DNA of 50,144 bases from a virus (lineage: Duplodnaviria; Caudoviricetes). The notes under the pieces are model-generated. The model did not search any database. It had not been told where the DNA came from and was given only the letters and a program-made list of their open reading frames with translations. The DNA is taken from positions 1 to 50,144 of the IMG/VR virus record IMGVR_UViG_3300025607_000091, one strand, 5' to 3'. Positions 26,219 to 35,958 of this stretch are shown here, piece by piece (position 1 is the stretch's first letter; every line of letters begins with the position of its first letter). The position numbers and the translations under genes were made by a program.

Positions 26219-26620
26219 GTGAAGAAACAATTAAGGGAAATAGTTTTTAACAAATGTAATGAACATTGTGCGTACTGTGGTGAAGAGCTTGAGTATAAAA
26301 ATATGCAAGTAGATCACATTATCCCTCAAAGAAACTTCTTGATTGATATTACTAGCGAATCAAGAACTCCTGGCTTCTTAAAACATCTAACCGCAAAGGA
26401 TTTAAATCATATTGACAACCTTAATCCTTCATGTAGAATATGCAATAAAAGAAAAGATACCTTTCATTTAGAATTGTTTAGAAAAGAGATTGCGTCACAA
26501 GTAGAAAGAGCAATTAAATCTAGTTCTAATTACAGGATAGCCAAACGATATGGATTAATAAAAGAAACCCCAAAACCAATTGTATTCTACTTTGAGACTT
26601 TAAAAACAATAAAACAATAA
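26219..26620 (+). CDS. HNH endonuclease
   Basis: HCAYCG...MQVDHIIP...NLNPSCRICNKRK. Confidence 0.85.
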   Translation: MKKQLREIVFNKCNEHCAYCGEELEYKNMQVDHIIPQRNFLIDITSESRTPGFLKHLTAKDLNHIDNLNPSCRICNKRKDTFHLELFRKEIASQVERAIKSSSNYRIAKRYGLIKETPKPIVFYFETLKTIKQ

Positions 26621-26633
26621 AACAAATATAACA

Positions 26634-26804
26634 ATGGGATTTTTAGACAACATTATTAGTTCAGCAGTAAAAACAGTGATTACGCCAATTGCTATAGTAA
26701 AAGACGTGGTTAATGTAGCTACTGGCGAAGAGGCAAACGCTACAAAAAAGCATGTAAAGTCTATAACTGAAGATGTAGAATCAGCTATTGATGATATTAC
26801 ATAA
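26634..26804 (+). CDS. 56-aa hypothetical protein (not in ORF track)
   Basis: MGFLDNIISSAVKTVITPIAIVKDVV... after an A-rich leader. Confidence 0.55.
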   Translation: MGFLDNIISSAVKTVITPIAIVKDVVNVATGEEANATKKHVKSITEDVESAIDDIT

Positions 26805-26831
26805 AAACCAATATTTAAAACTAGACAACCA

Positions 26832-27059
26832 ATGAATTTTAAATCAGTCAATAGAGGAAAACAGTTAAAACTCGTGAGAGAGTATAGAGGATATAGTCAA
26901 ACTGAACTATCAAAGGAGGTAAAAGGCTTATCACAGTCCAACTTATCTAAATTTGAAAAGGGTTTTCAAGTTATAAAAGAAGAAAAAATCAAGGAAATAA
27001 TGAAGTTTTTAAGATGGCCGTTTAAGTTTATAGACGCTGTTACAGGAATTTATTATTAA
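26832..27059 (+). CDS. XRE-family HTH protein
   Basis: LKLVREYRGYSQTELSKEVKGLSQSNLSKFEKG. Confidence 0.8.
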   Translation: MNFKSVNRGKQLKLVREYRGYSQTELSKEVKGLSQSNLSKFEKGFQVIKEEKIKEIMKFLRWPFKFIDAVTGIYY

Positions 27060-27077
27060 ACATACACGTATAACCAA

Positions 27078-28523
27078 TTGAGCCTAACCGACTCCGAAAT
27101 ACTAGAATTAGAACAACTCTTACATGAGCAGAAAATCGACCTTTTAAATGAAGGTCTTTCTTCGTTTGGTAAAATGACTAATCCTAATTACAAGTTTATT
27201 CACGATGCAATTACCTTACAAGAGTATGACCGTTTCAATAAACTTACAAAAGGTTATGCTGGATCAATTTTAGAAGGTTCTTCTCGTTCAGGTAAAACAT
27301 GGAGTGGAATTGATATAATTATTTGGCTTTGTACAGTTGTAGAAACTAATTGTACAATAAATATTTATAGAGAAACATACAATGAGTTTAAAACAACGCT
27401 CTATGATGATTTCAAAAGGCGTCTTGATGATTTCGGACTACCAAACAAGTTTCACAACGCTGAAGATGTAAAAAGCTTTAAGATTGTAGATAATAAGATA
27501 TTCTTTCTAGGATGTGATAAAGTAGGTAAAGCTCATGGGGGTGGGTGTGACTATGCTTTCTTTAATGAAATGATGCACATCCCTAGAGAGATATTTGACC
27601 AAGTAGAAATGCGTTGTCGTAAATTCTGGTGGGGTGATTACAATCCAAGTTATACAGATCATTGGGTTTTCAACAATGTTATTCCTCGAAAAGAAATAGG
27701 TTTTTTAAGGACCACATTCTTAGACAATCCATTTATTTCAATAAAAGAGAAAAACAAAATACTTTCTTACGATCCATGGTTACCTGGAAGTTATGAAGTG
27801 CGTGAAGATGACGTATTTTATAATGATGAACCAGTTACCGATAAAAACCAACCACCACCACATCCAACGAATATTGAACAAGGAACCGCCGATATATTCA
27901 TGTGGAAAGTATACGGTTTAGGTTTACGCGGAGCTATGAAAGGAGTTATTTTCAATCATTTAACATGGATTGAAGAATTCCCAGATGTTGCGCATACTTA
28001 CGCGAATGATTTTGGTTTTACTGCAGATCCTAACGCATTAGTAAAATACGCCGAAGACGAAAAGAATATCTGGTTTGAATTACTTTCCTATGAGCCAATT
28101 GAAACTGATAGTGAGCTTTCAGAGTTCTTTGAAGCTGTAGGAGTAGAGAAGGACCTACCAATCATTTGCGATAGTTCTGATAAGTATACCGGTGAAAACA
28201 AAGGTACCATCGAAATGGTTAAAGGGCTTAAAAGAAGAGGTTGGAAAGCAAAGAAGGTGAGTAAAACTAAATCCATCATGTATTGGATCCTTTCCATGAA
28301 AAAGAAAAAGATTCATTGTGTTAAAAGCTCACATTGGAAACATGTTAAAAAAGAACGCGAGAATTACAAGTTCAAAGAAGTTAGTGGAATATTAATCAAT
28401 CAACCAATTGATAAATATAATCACTGTTTTGATGCGGTCCGTTATGGCCACATTTCCCACAACACCAAAACAACAATTTCAAGAACAACTAAATCAGTAT
28501 CACAATTAGGAATTAATTATTAA
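27078..28523 (+). CDS. terL: Terminase large subunit
   Basis: Walker A EGSSRSGKT, Walker B AFFNE, DYNP, nuclease DFGF..DP and NHCFDAVRY. Confidence 0.92.
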   Translation: MSLTDSEILELEQLLHEQKIDLLNEGLSSFGKMTNPNYKFIHDAITLQEYDRFNKLTKGYAGSILEGSSRSGKTWSGIDIIIWLCTVVETNCTINIYRETYNEFKTTLYDDFKRRLDDFGLPNKFHNAEDVKSFKIVDNKIFFLGCDKVGKAHGGGCDYAFFNEMMHIPREIFDQVEMRCRKFWWGDYNPSYTDHWVFNNVIPRKEIGFLRTTFLDNPFISIKEKNKILSYDPWLPGSYEVREDDVFYNDEPVTDKNQPPPHPTNIEQGTADIFMWKVYGLGLRGAMKGVIFNHLTWIEEFPDVAHTYANDFGFTADPNALVKYAEDEKNIWFELLSYEPIETDSELSEFFEAVGVEKDLPIICDSSDKYTGENKGTIEMVKGLKRRGWKAKKVSKTKSIMYWILSMKKKKIHCVKSSHWKHVKKERENYKFKEVSGILINQPIDKYNHCFDAVRYGHISHNTKTTISRTTKSVSQLGINY

Positions 28524-28597
28524 ATATATCAAGGATCTATAATTAGGCACTTATAACCAAGCGGACTTAAAAAGAGGACGTTTCCATAAAAACAAAC

Positions 28598-30013
28598 ATG
28601 GAAGAATTACTTAAATTATTAGAATCAGATGTTGCCGGAGCATTAAAAGTCCTTACTGCTCAGCAAAAAAACAAAGGAAATATTACCGATCGGAGAGAAG
28701 AATTCAATGAAATCGCTAGGGATTCAAGAGAAACTCAGATAGATAAAATACAGCTAGATAAAAATGTAGGAGAGGGAGAAAAAGCAAAAATCGTAAAAGC
28801 GGTTAAAATACCAGTGCCATTTCAAAACAAAATTGTAAACACCGCAACTGCATTTGAGGTAGGCGCCCCTGTTACATTAATCCCCAACAATACAGATAAT
28901 CTAGAACTTTCAGATGAAATATCAAGGCTTTGGGAGGTAAACAGAGTTGATTCGGTGTTACAAGAAGCTATTAAATTGCAAAAAAGTGAATTACAAAGCG
29001 CTATAGTATTTCACATTAAGGATTTAAGCAAAAGCTCTCTGTATAATCGGGTTATGGGAGTTAACCAAAATAAAGACATTAAAGCAAAGTTATTAAAGAA
29101 TGAAAACGGCGTGATGTCTCCTTATTTTGACGCATTCGGCGACATGAAGTCTTTTACATGGGAATACTCCACAACGAACAGTGAAGGAACAGAGGTAAAG
29201 AACATTTTAATTTACACAGATAAGCTACTTTATACATGCTCAGATGAATCAGGAAAGTTAATTTTCGTCAGAAAAGACGCTCATGGATTTGATAAAATAC
29301 CAGTCGTTTATTTATCTCAAGAAAAACCCGAATGGTTTATTGCAGAAAAAATGATTGATAGACTTGAAGTCTCAATGTCAAAACTAGGAGCTGCAAATGA
29401 TTATTCTGGACAACCTATTTTAGTTCTTTATGGATCGGTTCAAGGCGCACCAGATAAAGATGAAGATGGTAAAGCAATTATTTGTGATATTCAAATAGAC
29501 CCAGAAACAGAAAAAGAGGTGCGATCAGATGTTAAGTTTTTAACTCATGATAATGCGCCTGCATCTGTAAAATTGGAATTAGATCGTTTAGAAAAATACA
29601 TTTATTCTTTAACATCAACTCCTGATTTGTCATTTGACAACCTAAAAGGATTAGGAACTGTTTCGGGAGTAGCTTTACAATTAATGTTTCTTGATGCAAT
29701 ATTAAAAGCAAAAATGAATGAAGGGCAAAACAGAACAGTGGTCCAAAGAGTTCTTAATGTTTTTATTTCTGGAACAGTTACAACAACTGTTACTAAATTA
29801 AAGAGCCATGCCAAAGCAACTTATTTTAAGGTGAAGTTTAATAGCATTATACCAAACGACCTTAAAACCTCAGTAGAAACATTTTCAAAAGCTATTGAAT
29901 CGGGTATGATTAGTAAGAAAACATCTATTGATAATCTTGGTATTTCTACTAATTCAGAAGATGAAATAAAGCAAATTGAATTAGAGAAAGAAACATCGAA
30001 TAAAGATTTGTAA
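28598..30013 (+). CDS. Portal protein (SPP1 gp6-like)
   Basis: Follows terL; HGFDKIPVVY, TPDLSFDNLKGLG..SGVAL. Confidence 0.85.
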   Translation: MEELLKLLESDVAGALKVLTAQQKNKGNITDRREEFNEIARDSRETQIDKIQLDKNVGEGEKAKIVKAVKIPVPFQNKIVNTATAFEVGAPVTLIPNNTDNLELSDEISRLWEVNRVDSVLQEAIKLQKSELQSAIVFHIKDLSKSSLYNRVMGVNQNKDIKAKLLKNENGVMSPYFDAFGDMKSFTWEYSTTNSEGTEVKNILIYTDKLLYTCSDESGKLIFVRKDAHGFDKIPVVYLSQEKPEWFIAEKMIDRLEVSMSKLGAANDYSGQPILVLYGSVQGAPDKDEDGKAIICDIQIDPETEKEVRSDVKFLTHDNAPASVKLELDRLEKYIYSLTSTPDLSFDNLKGLGTVSGVALQLMFLDAILKAKMNEGQNRTVVQRVLNVFISGTVTTTVTKLKSHAKATYFKVKFNSIIPNDLKTSVETFSKAIESGMISKKTSIDNLGISTNSEDEIKQIELEKETSNKDL

Positions 30014-30041
30014 ATTTGGGTAAACTAATTTATAAATAAAT

Positions 30042-30296
30042 ATGAAAAAATATCAATTAATAGCGCAACACCTTGTAAATAGTTTGTCTGAGGGACATAG
30101 TAGGGTTTTCCTAACATCTCAAAACGAATTCCATTGCAGGGTAGTAGTATATAGATTAACAGGAGATGACAGTAATGACGATTTATTCAAAACTATAGGA
30201 GGATTACTAAATGATTACTGTACAATGGACACTAGCTTTAGGTGGAATTCATTAAACGGATCAAGTGAAATGTATATCAAACTTATTGATAATTAA
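30042..30296 (+). CDS. Hypothetical moron-like protein
   Basis: Between portal and scaffold, followed by a terminator. Confidence 0.5.
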   Translation: MKKYQLIAQHLVNSLSEGHSRVFLTSQNEFHCRVVVYRLTGDDSNDDLFKTIGGLLNDYCTMDTSFRWNSLNGSSEMYIKLIDN

Positions 30297-30316
30297 CCTA
30301 ATCTATATTAAAAATC

Positions 30317-30345
30317 AAAGCCTCTATTTATTAGGGGCTTTTTTT
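30317..30345 (+). terminator. Intrinsic terminator
   Basis: AAAGCCTCTA...TAGGGGCTTT followed by a T-run. Confidence 0.7.
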
Positions 30346-30375
30346 ATGCAACAAATTTAGAAATACAATTTTACT

Positions 30376-30415
30376 ATTTAGAATGATTCTAAATAAGAAA
30401 TAATTTATATATTTG
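30376..30415 (+). promoter_or_regulatory. 19-bp palindrome plus -7 box upstream of the head operon
   Basis: ATTTAGAATGATTCTAAAT (30376-30394); TATATTTG (30408-30415). Confidence 0.7.
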
Positions 30416-30452
30416 TTATCTAAGGTATTAACTAAATTTTTCATTACACATT

Positions 30453-31118
30453 ATGGCTGTAGAAGCACAAAAGATTAAGGGTAGACTTAAGGTGAAATAT
30501 CCAAAGGCTAACTTATCGACACAAAGGCTAGACGCATTAGCGGATAAACTTTCAAAATTACCTGCAGACGATGCAGACGACGCGGCAATTGACGCAGTAT
30601 TAGACACTGCTAATAGTTTTATGGCTTTCGAAGACATCGCAAAAGAAGATGACCGAGTAAGAACATTAGAACAAAAAGCAAAAGGTACTCCTCCAAAAAC
30701 AGCGGAAGAAATCGAAGCAGAACGTGTTGCTAAAGAAAAAGAAGAAGCAGCGAAAAAAGCGCAATCAGAGGCTCCTGAGTGGGCTAAACCTATGATTGAG
30801 GCAAACGCTAAGTTGGCAGAAGAAATTATCGCTCTAAAAGAGGGTAAGGCAGTTGACAACAAAAGAGAGTTAGCAGCAAAAGCTTTTGGTTCTTCTGACG
30901 CATTAAAAAACTTAAAGCCTGAGATAAAAGAGGCGTGGCTTAAACGAATTGATTTAGATTCTGAAGATCCATTTGAAGATCAAGTAAAAGTATTAGAAAC
31001 TGAATACACAGAATTGGTTCAAGTAAACGCAGATAACCAAGATTATCCAGGAGCGCCTTCTAGTGGATTTGCTAGCGGTGAAGCAACTGAAGAAGAGCTT
31101 AATGCAATTGTAAACTAA
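30453..31118 (+). CDS. Capsid scaffolding protein
   Basis: Charged coiled-coil, APEWAK motif, upstream of capsid genes. Confidence 0.7.
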   Translation: MAVEAQKIKGRLKVKYPKANLSTQRLDALADKLSKLPADDADDAAIDAVLDTANSFMAFEDIAKEDDRVRTLEQKAKGTPPKTAEEIEAERVAKEKEEAAKKAQSEAPEWAKPMIEANAKLAEEIIALKEGKAVDNKRELAAKAFGSSDALKNLKPEIKEAWLKRIDLDSEDPFEDQVKVLETEYTELVQVNADNQDYPGAPSSGFASGEATEEELNAIVN

Positions 31119-31135
31119 TTTTTTTTGCCTAAAAT

Positions 31136-31160
31136 ATTATTTAGAATCGTTCTAAATAAT
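31136..31160. promoter_or_regulatory. Second copy of the palindrome
   Basis: ATTATTTAGAA-tcg-TTCTAAATAAT with 11-bp perfect arms. Confidence 0.7.
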
Positions 31161-31184
31161 TAAACGTTAAAAACAAAAAACAAC

Positions 31185-31547
31185 ATGAGCGTATTAGATT
31201 TAAGTACGACAAGTGAAGAGTTTCATTCTGCGGATAGCGTAGGAATCAAACATTATATTCACGGAAAAGAGGGTGGTGCCGTACTAGACACTACAGACTT
31301 CACAGATAAAACAATCCATGCTGGACATGGTGTTATTTTAGAAGGTGGCGTATATAAGCCACAACCAATTGATGGAACTAAAGACACTCTATTGATTGGG
31401 GTTGTTAGGTCAGCAACTCAAACTTCAAAACCTTCAACAGGCGTAATGACTCAAGGAACTATTAACAACAATGCTTTAAAATACCCATTTAATGCAGCTT
31501 CATTAGCCGTATTGAAATTACAAGGCATTTATAACCAAGTAGATTAA
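31185..31547 (+). CDS. Head decoration / minor capsid protein
   Basis: 120 aa between scaffold and major capsid gene. Confidence 0.6.
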   Translation: MSVLDLSTTSEEFHSADSVGIKHYIHGKEGGAVLDTTDFTDKTIHAGHGVILEGGVYKPQPIDGTKDTLLIGVVRSATQTSKPSTGVMTQGTINNNALKYPFNAASLAVLKLQGIYNQVD

Positions 31548-31548
31548 G

Positions 31549-32829
31549 ATGGCGACTACAATTTCAAATTTCAAAGATTTAATTAAAAAATTCTTCACCG
31601 GAGTAGCGAAGAAGGAATACGATAAGATAAACGGTTCAAAAGATGAACCAAAATATCTTCACGATCAAATGTTAACACCAGAGTATTCAGTCGACATGAC
31701 TTACTCTTCAATAAGCGGAAACTTTACAAGAGTAACTGCAGATGTTGTTTCTTTTGATTCTCCTGTACCATTAAAGTCTAGAGGCTCAATTAAATCTGCA
31801 ACTGGAGATATTCCAAAAATTGGTATTGGATACACCTTGAATGAAAAACAAATGAATACACTTCGTATTCTAAGAAACATGAAAGGAAGAGCAACGGAGC
31901 TTGCTAAAAAAGTGTTTAAAGATACGAACGCTTGTATTTTCGGAATCAAGGAAACGATAGAAGAAGCACATTTAATTGGCTTTTCTTCTGGTGTAACTAT
32001 TATCCCAGACACTACTAATGTAGGTACAGGAATTAGAATTAATTACAATATTCCAGAAAGTAATCAATTTGGAGGTGTTGCTAAATGGGATAGTACTGAT
32101 GCAAAGCCAATCGACGATATTAAAAGAGTATTGAGTGAGGCTAAAGACAAAGGTGAATACCCTGATACTATTTGGATGGATAGTTATGGTGTTGATCGAT
32201 TAGCAACTAATCAGCAAGTAAAAGAAATGTATGCTTTCGGTTTAAACTTTACTGGATCAAACATTCCTTCTCCTGATGAAGAACAATTAACCAGGTTCTT
32301 AAAGAAAAGATTAAAGTTAAATCTAAGGGTAATTGACAGAAGTTTTATTCATGAAAAAGACGGAAAAAGAACTGTTTCTCAAGGATGGACACCAAACATG
32401 GTTGTATTTACTACTGGTGAAAAAGTTGGTTCTTTGGTTTATAGTACTCTTGCAGAAGTTGAATTTCCACAAGAAGGAGTTGCTTATGCAAAGCCTAATG
32501 AGTACATCTTAATTAGTAAATCAGGTACAACGAACCCAGTAAGTGAAAACACAACTGGTCAAGCTCTTGCTATTCCTGTTTTACAGAATGTAGATTCAAT
32601 TTTCTATTTAGATACTAACGAAGCTCAAGAAGTTGATTCTGGAGAAACTGAAGGTGATTTAAATATTACTATTTGGGAAACTTTATTAGTTAAAGCAACA
32701 GTAATCGCGAAACTTAACGAAATGGAAATCAACACAACATCTACAATTACTGATGCTGGATTGATTACTAAGATCAATAAGTTAAATGATGAAGATGAAG
32801 CAACATTAAAAGGTTTATTAGGACTGTAA
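31549..32829 (+). CDS. Major capsid protein
   Basis: Size and position; ADVVSFDSP, GDIPKIG, KPIDDI, ALAIPV motifs reminiscent of lambda gpE-type capsids. Confidence 0.8.
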   Translation: MATTISNFKDLIKKFFTGVAKKEYDKINGSKDEPKYLHDQMLTPEYSVDMTYSSISGNFTRVTADVVSFDSPVPLKSRGSIKSATGDIPKIGIGYTLNEKQMNTLRILRNMKGRATELAKKVFKDTNACIFGIKETIEEAHLIGFSSGVTIIPDTTNVGTGIRINYNIPESNQFGGVAKWDSTDAKPIDDIKRVLSEAKDKGEYPDTIWMDSYGVDRLATNQQVKEMYAFGLNFTGSNIPSPDEEQLTRFLKKRLKLNLRVIDRSFIHEKDGKRTVSQGWTPNMVVFTTGEKVGSLVYSTLAEVEFPQEGVAYAKPNEYILISKSGTTNPVSENTTGQALAIPVLQNVDSIFYLDTNEAQEVDSGETEGDLNITIWETLLVKATVIAKLNEMEINTTSTITDAGLITKINKLNDEDEATLKGLLGL

Positions 32830-33405
32830 ATGTATAGCACAGATTCAATAGAAGCATTAGAACTAAGAATAGGTTTTGGAGTGCCCAATGGCGTGTCGAT
32901 TTCGGTCGATGCGTCAAACCAAACAGGAACTTCAGGAAGAACCATTTCAGGTTTTCACAAGTTAGCCACAATTAAAAACCTTTACGAAACAGTTGAGGTT
33001 GTTGATATGGTTGGTCCATCTTTCAATTCTTATTTAGCACAGCTTAAAACCGATGCGGTAAAGGCTGTTTTAGTAAGGATATTGAATCAAAATAATAAGT
33101 ACCTGGATAGTGAAGATTATTCAGGTACAATTATTAGTAAAGCTGAATTATTTGATGAAGCAGTTGGTTATGCAATGGCAATTTCTGCAATTGAACAGTT
33201 TATTTCTACTACTAGGAAGAATTCAACAGTAAGATCCTTAGAAGGCTCTTATAAAATGCTGAAAATTGAATTGGAAGGAGCTAAAAATAATAAAGGAGCT
33301 GTTGTAGCAGTAGGTTTAAGAAACAAACTGACTACTTCAATTAAAACATGTTCTGACAGCATATTTCCAAACCCTTTAAAAATCACCTCTAAACAAATTT
33401 GGTAA
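32830..33405 (+). CDS. Putative head-tail connector
   Basis: Position after the capsid gene. Confidence 0.5.
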   Translation: MYSTDSIEALELRIGFGVPNGVSISVDASNQTGTSGRTISGFHKLATIKNLYETVEVVDMVGPSFNSYLAQLKTDAVKAVLVRILNQNNKYLDSEDYSGTIISKAELFDEAVGYAMAISAIEQFISTTRKNSTVRSLEGSYKMLKIELEGAKNNKGAVVAVGLRNKLTTSIKTCSDSIFPNPLKITSKQIW

Positions 33406-33911
33406 TGAATTATTTAAAGGATAATCCAGTAGGAATAGATAAAGACATTCAAAAGATGCAAATCAAGTTATTTGATAATCTTGGTTTCAGCAATTTTGAA
33501 GGTTATGGTAGAGCTTATATCGATACTCAAAAAGATAGTGTAAAGCCTATTTTCTTTCAATCTGGTATTGATTATAAAGAGTTATTACTTGATGATTCAA
33601 AAAGCGGAAGATTCTTTTTTGTTGAGGATCCAGAAACGGATTCAGAAATGACAATGAGTGAATCTAAAGTTGATATAATCTTCTTGGTGAATCTCGTAAA
33701 GTTATATCCGGATATTCCATACAGAGCAGACGAGGAATTCAGACAGCACATTTACAAAATACTTAAAAAGAGTCGCCATTTTTTCCTTAGCGACATTAAA
33801 ATAACTAAAGGAATCGATGCATTAAAAGGATTTAAAACAAACTTAATTGATATGCACCCTTACCACTTTGTAAAATTTAGTGGTGAGATTAAATATCAAT
33901 TAGATAAATAA
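33405..33911 (+). CDS. Putative tail terminator / neck protein
   Basis: Position before the major tail gene; TAATG coupling. Confidence 0.5.
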   Translation: MNYLKDNPVGIDKDIQKMQIKLFDNLGFSNFEGYGRAYIDTQKDSVKPIFFQSGIDYKELLLDDSKSGRFFFVEDPETDSEMTMSESKVDIIFLVNLVKLYPDIPYRADEEFRQHIYKILKKSRHFFLSDIKITKGIDALKGFKTNLIDMHPYHFVKFSGEIKYQLDK

Positions 33912-33917
33912 AAAACT

Positions 33918-34784
33918 ATGTCAGTATACATAAGACCGAAAGGATCAAGTACGCCAGTAATTAATACTGGTAAAGCAAAACAAGATTTAGAAAAGCCAAC
34001 TATTAATTACGCTTTAACATTAGAGGACTTTGAGTTTGATAGTTTAGACGACGCTGAAAACAAGGCTATTTTAGACGCGGCAAAAGTATCTAAAAATGCC
34101 GTAGTAATGTTTAGTGTTGAAGGTTCTGAGCTTGCGAATGCAGAAGCAACTTACTACGAAGCAAGGACAGTAAAAGAGGAAACAAAGCCAGCTAGAAAAG
34201 GGATCAAATTCAAGCATCACTTGGATTTATATTCTCATGCGGCTTTAAGAACTTACGAAGGTAGTGAGTACACTAGAATTATTGAGTTTACTGAAGATGG
34301 TAGGCTTAAATTAGTGAATGAAAACGGAAAGTTTAAAGGGCAAAAAATGAGTAATTTCATTGTTCCTATGCGTTCTGATGCTGTAATTGGTGGAGATATT
34401 CCAACAACAACAGTAGAGGTGGCTTACAAAGACTACAACCAATTTGAAAAAGATGGTGTTTTAGTTAATCCAAACTATGATTTAGAAGACCAAGAAGGGA
34501 TTTACAACCTGATTATGGTTGTTAAAAGTGCTTCAGCAACAGAAATAAAAGTAACTGTAACAAATTACGATGGTAATGCAGTAGAGAACTTGGTTTTAGC
34601 TGACTTCAAATTGTTAAAAGCTGACAATACTGTTCAAACCATTACCGGAGCATCTTATATAGATGGTGAATATGTGTTGACTGGGACTCTTTTAGTAACA
34701 GGAACATTAAACACTGAGGGTGTAGTTTCTCAAACAAATATCATGTATGAGGGTGAAGCACCAGTAATCGTAACAGTTGTTTAA
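33918..34784 (+). CDS. Major tail tube protein with Ig-like C-terminal extension
   Basis: Position; beta-rich C-terminus IKVTVT...GEYVLT. Confidence 0.6.
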   Translation: MSVYIRPKGSSTPVINTGKAKQDLEKPTINYALTLEDFEFDSLDDAENKAILDAAKVSKNAVVMFSVEGSELANAEATYYEARTVKEETKPARKGIKFKHHLDLYSHAALRTYEGSEYTRIIEFTEDGRLKLVNENGKFKGQKMSNFIVPMRSDAVIGGDIPTTTVEVAYKDYNQFEKDGVLVNPNYDLEDQEGIYNLIMVVKSASATEIKVTVTNYDGNAVENLVLADFKLLKADNTVQTITGASYIDGEYVLTGTLLVTGTLNTEGVVSQTNIMYEGEAPVIVTVV

Positions 34785-34924
34785 TGAGAGGTTACAAAAA
34801 CATTCAATTTGGTGAGAGGTTCGAAGGATCTCTTACCGAATTTAAAAAAATCTTCAAAACTCATTTAAAATATTTAAGTGATTATGAAGTAAAAGAAGCA
34901 TACAAAGCAGCAAAGGAAAAATAA

Positions 34925-35371
34925 GTGAGTAATTTTCTATTACAATACGAAAAAGCAATCAAACTGACTCCTGAAAAGGTTCGACAAGATTTATTTGTGT
35001 TTGTTAGAACATTAGAAACTTATTTCGCTGACTTAAATGCAGATCAGTTACACAACGAAAGCAAAGATGTATTTGGTAATCCAATAGGATTTTATTCCGC
35101 AGGAACTGAAGCAATAACCAAAGGACGAAAAAAAGAAGGAGATCCTTTTGATTTAAAAGAATCCGGTCAATTTCTAAACGAGTTATTCGCAGAAGTTCAA
35201 GGTGATAGTTTATTCTTTGACACCAAAGACGAGAAGAAACCAGAGGTATTAGAAAACCTATTGAGCAAAGATATATTCGGGCTTTCAGATGAAAATTTAC
35301 AAGAGGCAATAAATGAAAAGTTATTGCCTTTTTTTCAAAACTACTTTTTCGAACAACTATTACTCAAGTGA
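34925..35371 (+). CDS. Putative tail completion protein
   Basis: PFDLKESGQF, DIFGLSDEN; position. Confidence 0.5.
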   Translation: MSNFLLQYEKAIKLTPEKVRQDLFVFVRTLETYFADLNADQLHNESKDVFGNPIGFYSAGTEAITKGRKKEGDPFDLKESGQFLNELFAEVQGDSLFFDTKDEKKPEVLENLLSKDIFGLSDENLQEAINEKLLPFFQNYFFEQLLLK

Positions 35372-35958
35372 ACAACAACCAATTTTTATACAATTCAGTT
35401 GATACGATACCAGCTAAACTATATTATAAAATAGTTTCAAGCGGTGATTTGACCTTGTTATCAAGTGAAAAACTAGAAGAAAAAGAGCTTATTGAGATTT
35501 GGGAAACCATACAAAATGAAGACGCGGAACTTTCTCCAGGAGGTAAAGCCGATAAGATTATAAATGTTTCACGTAAAATTGAAGCAATAGCAGCTAAATA
35601 TGATGCCGTTAATCTAGCGGTTTACTACTTAGAACGCAATGAAGATGAAGAACTGATCAATCAGTTGAAAAAATACAATTATAAGTTTTCAGGTGACTTG
35701 CAAGAGGATTTAAAAACCATTGCAAGAGAAAATAAAGCGTTGATATTAATAATCAAACGCTATCAAAAACAATTACCACAACAAGACGAAGAAAACACAA
35801 GCAAATCAACGCTTGACGATAACATACTTCAATACGCAGTTATAACCGGATTAGGGTTTATTGACCCAAACACAATAGTATTATCAACATACCGGTCTTT
35901 AATAAATGTCGGAAACCAAAAAATAAAAGCTTTAGAAGATGGCCAACAACAAGGGTAA
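35368..35958 (+). CDS. Putative tail assembly chaperone
   Basis: Immediately upstream of the tape measure gene. Confidence 0.45.
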   Translation: MNNNQFLYNSVDTIPAKLYYKIVSSGDLTLLSSEKLEEKELIEIWETIQNEDAELSPGGKADKIINVSRKIEAIAAKYDAVNLAVYYLERNEDEELINQLKKYNYKFSGDLQEDLKTIARENKALILIIKRYQKQLPQQDEENTSKSTLDDNILQYAVITGLGFIDPNTIVLSTYRSLINVGNQKIKALEDGQQQG

